From Laetmonice hystrix (taxonomy: Eukaryota): a stretch of 64,000 bases of DNA. The first letter of the stretch is position 1; each line of letters opens with the position of its first letter. This document shows positions 14,131 through 24,904 of the stretch, piece after piece. A model generated the notes under the pieces. The model ran no database searches and was not told where the DNA came from. It saw nothing but the letters and a program-made list of their open reading frames with translations. The position numbers and the translations under genes were made by a program. The stretch covers positions 29,514,001-29,578,000 of the forward strand of contig OZ249436.1 of assembly GCA_965235115.1 (NCBI GenBank). Reading direction: 5' to 3'.

Positions 14131-14621
14131 GTTTAGAAGTTGTAGCCATAGATAGCTAAACTGGCCACTTTTGCAAACTTCAAGGTCACGTGATTCAGCT
14201 AATATAGGTCAAATCGCTTATCCTTGGATGTTTCTATTAAAACACTTGTTAGAGAGTATTCCTGCCCAATATTGTCAAATTTTACCAATAAATGAAGAAG
14301 AAGTAGCGATTTAACCGATTTGTGACCTATGACCCAGTTCTCCCTAAGGTCAAAGATCAAAGGTCAAATGAAGGGTCAGTTCTAGGCTAGACCCTTGCCT
14401 GATCATAACGCCATGATAGATCTTGGAAATTCCCATTATGAACTTTAAAAATGGCCCTCAATGTTCCAAACACGTTTGACGTCATGACGTTATGACGTGA
14501 CGTCACGTGACCTCATGATTGATTGTGTGACCTGACTTTGTCATGGTCAAGACATGTGCTAAGTTTGATTGAGATATCTTGAAAAATGACTGAAATAGAG
14601 GTACTGTTTACGACTACTACA

Positions 14622-14658
<37 letters not shown>

Positions 14659-15172
14659 GTACGCCAAAAATAATAGGGAAGACGAAACCACACAATTTCT
14701 AGATCCCATCCCCTGGATAGGGGATGGGATAATAATAGGGAAGACGAAACCACACAATTTCTAGATCCCATCCCCTGGATAGGGGATGGGATAATAATAA
14801 TAGGGAAGACGAAACCGTACAATCTGAAGATCCCATCCCCCTGTAGGGGATGGGATAATAATCGGCGTGGCTAGTGGCTGGTACACCCGCGAGTTTTGTA
14901 GAGCGCGCACACATAGTTCGGTTGGCTGACGCTAGGGGTTGACGCTAGGGGTCTGGCCTGGGACGCTTTCTCTCGTACTACGCGTTTGCCGCCAGACGGC
15001 GAAATAGTCAATACCCTGAGACTGTTTACTCTGAACGTGAAACGATCCGCGCAAAGTGGCCCGAGTGAATGGCCGGTCTTCCGCCAAAACTCCCTTTTTT
15101 ATTATGTCAAATTTGGTTGGCCTAGTCAACGACGACTTGTTCGAATCTACGAGGCCACCATTTTATATAGAC

Positions 15173-16298
15173 ATATGTCGTGGCCCAGATCCCAATCTGG
15201 CCCAGTTGCCAATTGGTCCGGACCAGATGACAATTGGGATCTGGTCCGGCCCAGATACCAATTGGGATCTGGTCCGGACCAATTGGAAACTGGATCGGAC
15301 CAGATCACAATTGGGATCTGGGCTGGCCCAGATACCAATTGGGATCTGGTCCGGACCAATTGGAAACTGGACCGGACCACATCGCATCTGGGCTGGCCTG
15401 GATGCCAATTGGAATCTGGGCCGGACCAATTGGAAACTGAACCGGACCAGATCCCAATTGGCTGGGCTGGCCTGGATGCCAATCGAGGTTTTCAGTCATA
15501 GGATTGGGATCTGGTCTGGACCAGTTGGCAACTGGTCCAGGCGAAATAATGATTTCAATCTGGTCCAGCCCAGATCCCAATCCAATGACTCTTGGTCCAG
15601 ATCCAAATCCTGGTTCCTGGTATTTGTTCATTGTAACTATTTTCGTTGACAATGTGCTGTGTAGGAAAAAAAATAGTCCATGGGATAAAAGGAACATTTT
15701 TTCAAAAACATTTTCCTTGCCCTTTGAAGAGGGGGTTGCAATGCGATGGAGTGCTATTTAATTGGGTATTTTGTATTTATTTATTTTAACTAGGCCTATT
15801 TTCGTTTACAATGCCCTGTGTATTTGAAATAAAATACATACAATTATTTTACTAAATCCATGATGAAGAACCAGGATTTGGATCTGGACCAAGACTCATT
15901 ATTTGAAATCATTATTTCGCCTGGACCAGTTGCCAACTGGTCCGGACCAGATCCCAATCCTATGACTGAAAACCTCGATTGGCATCCAGGCCAGCCCAGA
16001 TGCCAATTGGGATCTGGTCCGGTCCAGTTTCCAATGGGTCCGGCCCAGATCCCAATTGGCATCCAGGCCAGCCCAGATGCCAATTGGGATCTGGTCCGGT
16101 CCAGTTTCCGATTGGTCCGGCCCAGATTCCAATTGGCATCCAGGCCAGCCCAGATCCCAATTGTGATCTGGTCCGGTCCAGTTTCCAATTGGTCTGGACC
16201 AGATCCCAATTGGTATCTGGGCCGGACCAGATCCCAATTGGGATCTGGTCCGGACCAATTGGCAACTGGGCCAGATTGGGATCTGGGCCACGACATAT
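15173..16298. mobile_element. Foldback/MITE with about 440-bp modular inverted arms and an AT-rich spacer
   Basis: atatgtcgtggcccagatcccaatctggcccagttgccaattggtccggaccag at 15173 is the reverse complement of the sequence ending at 16298; arms are about 15173-15620 and 15860-16298, built of short ggaccagatcccaattgg modules. TSD is ambiguous (TA or AC). Confidence 0.93.
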
Positions 16299-16410
16299 AC
16301 ATGTATTCCATTCAAAAGATCGTCCAGTGAGGTCCCCTTACTACAGAAAACGAATGTGATACATTTGTACGTAGAATAGTCGGCGACTATATGAATAGGC
16401 GAAATGCATT

Positions 16411-16416
16411 TTTATT
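16411..16416 (-). promoter_or_regulatory. Candidate polyadenylation signal (AATAAA) of the ASB gene
   Basis: First tttatt on the + strand downstream of the stop codon, about 260 bp away. Confidence 0.45.
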
Positions 16417-16678
16417 ATGAAAAAAATCCACAGACAAACAAAACCGGCCAAGCTCGTTGGTAGCTGAGACAGCGATACAAATTTTCGGTCTATGGCTTCA
16501 TATAGGACCTATACATGTGTTACCTTGTCACTTAGAGCCTCATTTTGCTAATAACGACAAAAGCTCTTTGGACTTGATGACAAAAAAGCAATAGCCATTG
16601 TCTATCACCCAGTAATAAAGTTAATAATTGTTATAATAAATCTTGTAACTGTAACAATGAATGACTCATTGTTTTTTT

Positions 16679-18160
16679 CTATAAGATAGGTTTCTGTGAT
16701 CTCAGTGTATCAAAGATACTGTCGCCCGTCAGTTCCTCCCTCATGAGTATGACGTCATGCAGGCCTGGCGGAAACGGCAGTTGCGCCACCTCGCGGCGAA
16801 TATTGTGGCTCAAATGACGTCGTATTTTGATGCGACATAATTCCATCAAAGATCGCGGCTGTCCTAGAAGGTCCATTAACCAGCGCACAAAGCATGGATC
16901 TCCTTGGAGACTAGGATGAAGCCAAGTAAAATTACCTCCATCCCCTCTCCACTGCCAAATGCTTTTTACATCAGCCCCGGCAGCAATAAGCACCAACGCA
17001 ATATCTTTGAAACCATCGTGAAGCGGGAACCAGAGAAGAGGCCGTTTGCAGTTTTGAAAAAAGAAACTCCCGTCTATTCTGCAGTTATAGGCTAGAAACA
17101 CCTTGACAACATTCAGTCTGTGCCCGCGGACAGCCGTCAAGAGGGGCGTTCCTCCGCGGAAGGTTGGTGCTTCAGCCGCAGCTGTCTGCCCTCTAAACAG
17201 CAACAAGTTTATGATATCGGCACAGCCATGTGCGGCAGCGACGTGAAAAACGTTCCTACCGTGCACGTCGACCTTGTCGACGTCACAGCCTGACTGTATG
17301 AGTAGCGTCATGACGTCACGGTAACGTCGTAGGAAACCCTTGGCGGCCGCCAGCAGCAGCGGAGTGTTTCCCGTGTTATCCTGGAGGTCCATGTTAGCTC
17401 CAGCCTCGAGCAACGCCAGCGTCGTGTCCACGTGACCACAACGTGCCGCGTGATGCAACGCCGTCTTCAAGAACTTGCCCGTCGCGTCGACGTCACAGCC
17501 GAACTGTATGAGCGACTCGACAATGTCTTTGTGGCCGCGTGCGCTGGCGACGATCAGTATTGGATCCGTTGTTCTGTTATGACTGGACACCGGGCTGCTT
17601 CGGAACAAGTGTTCAACGACGTCGTACGGCCTCCTGACAGTCGTCAGCAGACCTGCCGTGGGTTTTCTCTCTCTTAAATCACACTTGCCAGATTTCAACA
17701 AAACATTCACCACGTCGGTATGTCCCCGGGACACAGCCGAGAGTAGGGCTGTGTTTCCTTCGGAATTCTGTAGGTTCGCGTCGCCTCCTGCCCTGATGAT
17801 GCACGCCACCAACCCGGCGTGGCCCGTCGTCGATGCCATCATCAAAGGCGTCAACTGCATGTGATTTCGACTGTCTATTTCAGCTCCGTGGTAAATGAGA
17901 AGTCTAAAGATCTCCACCAGATTGTCGTCGTTGTGCTCCATGTCTGGGACGTTGACGCGGGTCTTGCCGGCCAGGATGTGTAAGGGGCTGTTGCCTTGCT
18001 CATCCTGACTGTTTGGGTCGACGCCGTACTTGAGTAGAGTTTTCACCTGATGAACATTGTTCAGAATGACGTGGCCAAAGAGAAGTTCCTCCAAACGGTT
18101 ACTGCCGGGGATACCTGAATTATAAACGAGGAGACTCAATGTACGGTTTGATATGAAAAT
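16679..18160 (-). CDS. Ankyrin repeat and SOCS box protein (ASB-type Cullin5/ElonginBC substrate adaptor), main and last coding exon
   Basis: Multiple ankyrin repeats (GNSPLHILA, LTPLMMAST, GNTALLSAV, KTALHHAAR, GNTPLLLAA, GRNVFHVAA, GGTPLLTAV) and a C-terminal SOCS box PRSLMELCRIKIRRHL...LPFPPGLHDVIL. The ORF-track start is a TTG; the frame extends to the acceptor tatttcttactgttttatag at 18160 (phase 0). Confidence 0.95.
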   Translation of the reverse strand: MFISNRTLSLLVYNSGIPGSNRLEELLFGHVILNNVHQVKTLLKYGVDPNSQDEQGNSPLHILAGKTRVNVPDMEHNDDNLVEIFRLLIYHGAEIDSRNHMQLTPLMMASTTGHAGLVACIIRAGGDANLQNSEGNTALLSAVSRGHTDVVNVLLKSGKCDLRERKPTAGLLTTVRRPYDVVEHLFRSSPVSSHNRTTDPILIVASARGHKDIVESLIQFGCDVDATGKFLKTALHHAARCGHVDTTLALLEAGANMDLQDNTGNTPLLLAAAKGFLRRYRDVMTLLIQSGCDVDKVDVHGRNVFHVAAAHGCADIINLLLFRGQTAAAEAPTFRGGTPLLTAVRGHRLNVVKVFLAYNCRIDGSFFFQNCKRPLLWFPLHDGFKDIALVLIAAGADVKSIWQWRGDGGNFTWLHPSLQGDPCFVRWLMDLLGQPRSLMELCRIKIRRHLSHNIRREVAQLPFPPGLHDVILMREELTGDSIFDTLRSQKPIL

Positions 18161-18681
18161 CTATAAAACAGTAAGAAATAAGATCACTCAGGGAGGAAGG
18201 CATCCAGCGGTATTATACCGGGTGGAATCGATGAGGAATCGTTGGTCAGGGCTAAAGGTTTGTCTGATGGTATAGATGCATTGTTAACAGTCGTGAAGAT
18301 GAGCTAAATAAGGAAGGCCCTAGAGGCAAATTTGTGGGAGGAATATGTTCAAGAAACTATGGGAATGATATACGGTTGTATAGCGAAACCTAAAGTATCT
18401 ACACCCTCCTAAGGCCATCACCGTAATAGTGCTCACTGGCTGAGGAAAATATATGCAGTTCGGCTTCCTCTTCGCATCCAATATCGAGGCAAATAATAAA
18501 GGCCAGACACCCCTCGAGTCCCCCCTTTCCGGTCCACCGCTGGTCCACGACATAAATATAGAAAACCTGTATATTAGATGTTGCAGACAGGATGAAGTGT
18601 TTCTTGTCGAGTCGTCTTTATGACCAGTATAATACCAATAACCTCACACGTCCTCGACGATCAAATCCAGAACAAATATAC

Positions 18682-18713
18682 CTGTCTCAAAAGTCCTTCG
18701 TTCACATTGATTT
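18682..18713 (-). CDS. Predicted 32-nt exon 2 of the ASB gene (KINVNEGLLRQ)
   Basis: Acceptor ...catcatcacgtgtag and donor cag|gtatat; enters in phase 1 and exits in phase 0, bridging exons 1 and 3. Confidence 0.65.
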
Positions 18714-18743
18714 CTACACGTGATGATGGGGAATAAACGTGTA

Positions 18744-18960
18744 CGACAAGCATGCCTAAAACAGACACGACAAGCACGCGTAAACAGACACGACAAGCAT
18801 GCGTAAACAGACACGACAAGCATGCCTAAAACAGACACGACAAGCACGCGTAAACAGACACGACAAGCATGCGTAAACAGACACGACAAGCATGCCTAAA
18901 ACAGACACGACAAGCATGCGTAAACAGACACGACAAGCATGCGTAAAACAGACAGACACG
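18744..18960. repeat. Minisatellite, 23-24-bp unit (aaacagacacgacaagcatgcgt), about 9 copies, in predicted ASB intron 1
   Basis: Direct tandem repetition. Confidence 0.95.
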
Positions 18961-20830
18961 GGCCACAAATTCTACCTGTCGCTGACAAGGCAGATACTAC
19001 ATAATGATAACCATTTAGTTGACTAACACAGGTATAGTCACGGTATAGACGATTATTCTTTTTCCCTCTGCTCTTTCTGGCCGTGTGGTTTTACAATGAT
19101 TAATTCAGTATATTATTATGTGCACTATAGTGCTTCGAGGACATATAAATACCAACGGAGTCCTCTCGTGATCCATGCTATGATCAAATATTAAACTGTT
19201 CTAAAAAAGAAAAGAAAAAAGAATACGAATAGAAAATATATTGGACAGGCAGGTACCATCAGTGGCCGTTTAAATACATGTATCAGTTAATTATCACTGT
19301 ATATTATAAGTAACTATTTGAACGTGCACACAGGATAGATATTACGGAGGTGGTATGAATGATTCAGACCAATGTTCAGTTTGGCCATGACCTGTAGGCC
19401 TAACATGTTGCTCTGCACATACCGTTGGCCGCGTTTATTGCGTGATTATTGCCAGCCATTGATCTGGACAGAGTCACTGCATGAGTAAGCAGACTGGAAA
19501 AACTCTCATCAACCTTCGGGTGTGGTGGAGAGGGGGGGGGGGGGGTGGAAGGGGGAGGGGGCTACGCTGCCAACCTAATCATCAATGGAACACCGCTGAC
19601 AAAAATAATCACTATCTCTCTCCCTCCAAGCCCCCATGAATTAGCCCTTTAAGAAAGTGTTTATTTCTACTAAGAAGTCGAATTACAGATTCTTTCTTAA
19701 AGGGTCAGTTCATGTGGAAATTATATAACTATAATGCAGAGCCTTTCGCCAACACAACCATATCAAGGCCATGTCCTATTTTCTATCTTCAAAATGTCGC
19801 GTAGCCCCTCTGCCGTTTGAACGAATGATGCCTTTTTCCCCTCGCACGTGCTACGGTCTGGATACCACAGCTATGACTTTGGGAATTCACCACTTCTGCT
19901 GCAGCATGGCTAACCGCCACGCGACCAAGTATTAATAGGTGCCAGGAATCAATACCCTGTATCGCAGACTGAGCACGGAGTGCCTGCATGACCTCAGCCA
20001 GTGCCAGACTCGCCCCGACCAGAAACGCTACATTGCCTCGACATAAGGCAGCGACAAGCGCCGGCATTCAATGTGATATTTTTGTTGAATGTCAGGCCAT
20101 TAGGCCCCTATATCCGTCAATGCCATTCCCCATTAATGTGAACTTGGGGGCGAGGGGGATGTCGGGGGGGGGGGGGGCGAGGGGGGTTGGAAGAGGCAGG
20201 CACACCAACTTGACCAAGTGATGATGAAGCGCGCAGTCTCTTCTTTAACCTGACCCATTGTCCTGAGAGGTGATGTCCACTGCAGTCGGAGGTCATGTGT
20301 TCACATAGGAGGCCTAGGCTTATAGTAGGCCTAGGCCTAGGCCCCCTATAGGCCCGCTATATTATTTTGGCACTGGAGCCAGTGCTAGGTAAGTACCCCC
20401 TAGGGCATATTGCTAGGGTCGTCATTTAGGCCCACACCCTACCTTATGCAAAATTTGACATAATTGATCAAATCAAGGTCTCCCTCCCTGTGCCCTCTAG
20501 GCATAGGGCGTAGGCCTATCCACCATTTGGTCCCGCCGGCATGGTAGGCCTACTATAGCCTAGGTCTATGCACATATATGCCTACACAGAACGTGTAACA
20601 AGTTTTAGGCCTACACGTTCTAGATCTACAGCATATAGGCTTGTATGGATAGCCTATCAATAAACCTGAACTTATGGACCCTATGTAGGGCCTACGCCTA
20701 TGCCTATCATTATACCAGCTGTGGTTGGAAAATTACCGCGATAATATCGAACCAATATGCAATGGCAATGGTTCCATCAATATTGCTGACCATTCGATCT
20801 GTGCAGTGTATTAGGCAGAATCTTACTCAC

Positions 20831-20879
20831 TGTCAGCTTCCCCTTGACCGATATTGAGACAGCGGATGACAGCTTTCAT
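20831..20879 (-). CDS. Predicted coding exon 1 of the ASB gene (MKAVIRCLNIGQGEAD)
   Basis: ATG with A at -3 (gcacaATG) and a strong donor a|gtgagtaaga; 49 nt (phase 1), compatible with exon 2. Spliced CDS is 1563 nt, 520 aa. Confidence 0.7.
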
Positions 20880-21053
20880 TGTGCTACGGTTCGACCACCT
20901 ATCCACCCGACCTCGGCGACGATTCCACCAACCTCACCACAGTGCCGAGCGCGCATCTCGACCGCACCCCCGACAGTCAGCCCTCACTCCGCGATCAGGT
21001 CGTGGTGTTTACTCTCTCAAAAACGGCGTGCACTGCTCAATGCAACCCGTTGC

Positions 21054-24000
21054 AACACAAACTTATGAATCTATTTCCCACTAGGTGGACAGCGAAGAGC
21101 TCGACGCTCAAAGTACTCTGTCAGTGTTGAGCAAATCTTGCATACAGCGTTTCTCTGTGTCAAATCAAATTGAGCGACTCGGGTGGCACAGGTGTAAAAA
21201 AATGCGAGTGTGACACGATAGTCTAGGCCTCATAAGTGAGTGACAAGTGGCCACTAGGCCTATTCGTTTTTTTGTATTAGTATTTTTGTTTTTGTATTTG
21301 TCTAGTTTTTTTTGTCTATCCTTGAATTTATACGATTTCACTTAATCATTTATCAAGTTAGCGTATGCCCTATTTATCCATGAAATCATACACCAATTTC
21401 GGCTATTCATACGTTATGTATACCGATATTGCATTTCGCAAGTAACGGCAAGACGTTTCTATGTTTTAAATTCATATGTGCACGAGGTGAAGCCGAGCGC
21501 TCATTGTCCCTATAGGCCCTAATTGGCATAAAACGTCACGTGAATAGGCGTGCGTTTAGTAGCATGTAGCGTTGCCAAACATTATGAAACGTTATTTAAG
21601 TATAGGCCCCGCATGGGTGCCGCAGTGAATACGATTTCAAGTCGGCATTTTTAGTGAAGGAAAGTCAGCCCGACACACATCTCCTATTTCATACATAGGA
21701 ATCTAGGGGCTAATAATCTAGAGCAAACGTAGGCCTATATTAGGCCTACTCAGATGGCATTCCATACCATTTAGGCCTAGGTGTGAGGTGTGTGGACTGC
21801 GTTCTCTTGGTTGCGAAAAGAAAAGAAATTATAACACCTATTTACAAATGACTACTCCTTTTGGGGTGCTTGGATTGAGTAGGCAAAACTACTCAGATTG
21901 ACGAATATTTGAGTAGTTTTTGCCATCTGAGATTTTCTGTGTGATCACTGTGCTGGTTATCCAGTAACCAATCACATTAGTTGTTAAACGCAACAAATGT
22001 GATTGGTTACACAATAACCAACGCATTGGTTGTGATTTAACTAAATTCTTGGTTAACACAACCAATATCGGCTGAACCAATCAGATTGGTAGTTTTTGCA
22101 ACCAATCTGTTTTTAGAGTGTATTTTAGCAGACTGTGATGGGGAAATACGCCAGGTGGCAAGAGCTAGACAAAACGTATGACTGCAATATTACACCAGGT
22201 GGCAGCACCCACCGACAGCCACTTTATAGGGACTTATTGGAAGGTGGGTCACATACCAGGCTGTATCCGAAAACCTATATAGGCTAAAGGGCCTAGAAAT
22301 AGATAATTTGAAATTTGAAATGCAAGCAGAAACCGTAAACAGAATCCTGGGGGGGGGGGGGGATATTTCTTTTTTCCTCATAGGGGGCCTATAGGCCTAC
22401 ACCTTACTGAATTTTCCCTAATTACCCCCTCTCCCCATTAGCCAGATTTTCCTCCAACCCCCCAACCCTCCAACCCCAAAGGTTTAGAACCAGGGCGAGT
22501 CAAATGGGGGCACTTTAGGTATACCGCCCTGTTCACGTTGTCCCCGGATAGCAACATTTGGCGGTACATCTCGACCAAGATCTGTCACAAATCTTTGCCT
22601 CATTGTAAGCACGGTCCACAACCACCAGGACCGTACCCTCTCCTAATTTTGGCCGACTTTGACCATCAGAAGGTGGCTTCCGACAGCAGTTGGCATAACA
22701 CAAACTTATGAATCTATTTCCCACTAGGTGGACAGCGAAGAGCTCGACGCTCAAAGTACTCTGTCAGTGTTGAGCAAATCTTGCATACAGCGTTTCTCTG
22801 TGTCAAATCAAATTGAGCGACTCGGGTGGCACAGGTGTAAAAAAATGCGAGTGTGACACGATAGTCTAGGCCTCATAAGTGAGTGACAAGTGGCCACTAG
22901 GCCTATTCGTTTTTTTGTATTAGTATTTTTGTTTTTGTATTTGTCTAGTTTTTTTTTGTCTATCCTTGAATTTATACGATTTCACTTAATCATTTATCAA
23001 GTTAGCGTATGCCCTATTTATCCATGAAATCATACACCAATTTCGGCTATTCATACGTTATGTATACCGATATTGCATTTCGCAAGTAACGGCAAGACGT
23101 TTCTATGTTTTAAATTCATATGTGCACGAGGTGAAGCCGAGCGCTCATTGTCCCTATAGGCCCTAATTGGCATAAAACGTCACGTGAATAGGCGTGCGTT
23201 TAGTAGCATGTAGCGTTGCCAAACATTATGAAACGTTATTTAAGTATAGGCCCCGCATGGGTGCCGCAGTGAATACGATTTCAAGTCGGCATTTTTAGTG
23301 AAGGAAAGTCAGCCCGACACACATCTCCTATTTCATACATAGGAATCTAGGGGCTAATAATCTAGAGCAAACGTAGGCCTATATTAGGCCTACTCAGATG
23401 GCATTCCATACCATTTAGGCCTAGGTGTGAGGTGTGTGGACTGCGTTCTCTTGGTTGCGAAAAGAAAAGAAATTATAACACCTATTTACAAATGACTACT
23501 CCTTTTGGGGTGCTTGGATTGAGTAGGCAAAACTACTCAGATTGACGAATATTTGAGTAGTTTTTGCCATCTGAGATTTTCTGTGTGATCACTGTGCTGG
23601 TTATCCAGTAACCAATCACATTAGTTGTTAAACGCAACAAATGTGATTGGTTACACAATAACCAACGCATTGGTTGTGATTTAACTAAATTCTTGGTTAA
23701 GACAACCAATATCGGCTGAACCAATCAGATTGGTAGTTTTTGCAACCAATCTGTTTTTAGAGTGTATTTTAGCAGAGTGTGATGGGGAAATACGCCAGGT
23801 GGCAGGAGCTAGACAAAACGTATGATTGCAATATTACACCAGGTGGCAGCACCCAACGACATCCACTTTACAGGGACTTATTGGAAGGTGGGTCACATAC
23901 CAGGCTGTATCCGAAAACCTTGAGGCTAAAAATGGCCTAGAAATAGATAATTTGAAATTTGAAATGCAAACAGAAACCGTAAGCAGAATCCCGGAAGGTG

Positions 24001-24130
24001 GGGGGGGGGCGGGCAACCAATATTTCTTTTTTTCTCATAGGGGGCCTGTAGGCCCATACACCTTACTGAATTTTCCCTAATTACCCCCTCTACCCATCAG
24101 CCAGATTTTTCTCCAACCCCCAACCCTCCA
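21054..24130. repeat. Direct duplication of the ASB upstream region (copy 1 21054-~22480, copy 2 22698-~24130; offset 1644)
   Basis: Identical ORFs at 21889 and 23533; the first ~1.06 kb is near-identical and the last ~0.36 kb visibly diverged. Confidence 0.97.
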
Positions 24131-24904
24131 CATGTCCAGAAATTCATGACGGGCGCCTTGCGCATGCGCAGTTCCGGCCCATTGGGCCCACAGCCAAATC
24201 GAATGGAGAGATGATTTAAATTGCCTGTAGAGGGCGGTAAAGTACAGCAGTGCCATTTGCCTGATCGCTGTTCGAAGCAGAGAGGTTTTATAGGTATTCT
24301 CTCAAAAAATCGTAGCAATCTGACCATTTTTTCCTATTTACATGGTGTGGTTGAAGTATGAGGACCCAGACCAGCCTTTTAACGGGAAGGCGAGGGCATT
24401 TTCCGCATGTCACAACATTATCAACGGTGCTCAGCACCACAATAATGGGAGATACTCTAGTTGCACGATTAATAGACAGATGGCGACACTGTACTGTACC
24501 CGTCAAGGTATGTTTCAAGGAATTCCGAGGAAATTTTTTCGTTTACATGGGGGTGTTGAAGTTGAGCTGTTTTCACTGACATGAAACATGTTAGGTATGG
24601 AAGAAACTGGGGGAGTCCCGCTTCAGAAAAAAACCTAAAATAAATTCCTTTCAAGACCAGGGCCCGGTTTTTTGGGTACATCCCTCATGGTAACTTTACA
24701 CGAAATTTCTCTAAGACAGCATATATGATGCCTCACACGACGACGACACCAGCAACTCCCCACGAAGTTGTGGTGGGAAGGGTGCAAATCTGTTGACCTT
24801 CCACGAAATTTCTCTAAGACACCTTATATTATGCCTCACACGACGATAACACCAGCAACTCCCCATAAATTCTTGTGGGAAGCCTGCAAATGTGTTCAGG
24901 ACAT

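Larger units (their letters stand above)
9799..14857 (+). mobile_element. Three nested non-autonomous Helentron/DINE-like elements (outer 9799-~14857, middle 11221-~14797, inner 12654-~14733)
   Basis: Three heads aactaga...cacaatggatcccatcccc (9799, 11221, 12654), each body ending in (ACT)n, then three consecutive tails with a 12-bp-stem hairpin atcccatcccct-ggat-aggggatgggat. The subterminal motif is shared by head and tail; no TSD; AA/TT context. This matches known DINE-1/HINE architecture. Confidence 0.8.

Noticed and set aside
14986..16359. Cluster of W/G/P-rich ORFs on both strands
   Set aside because: They arise from the modular inverted arms of the foldback element.
16904..17864. Plus-strand ORFs within the ASB exon
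   Set aside because: Short antisense shadows of a GC-rich coding exon.
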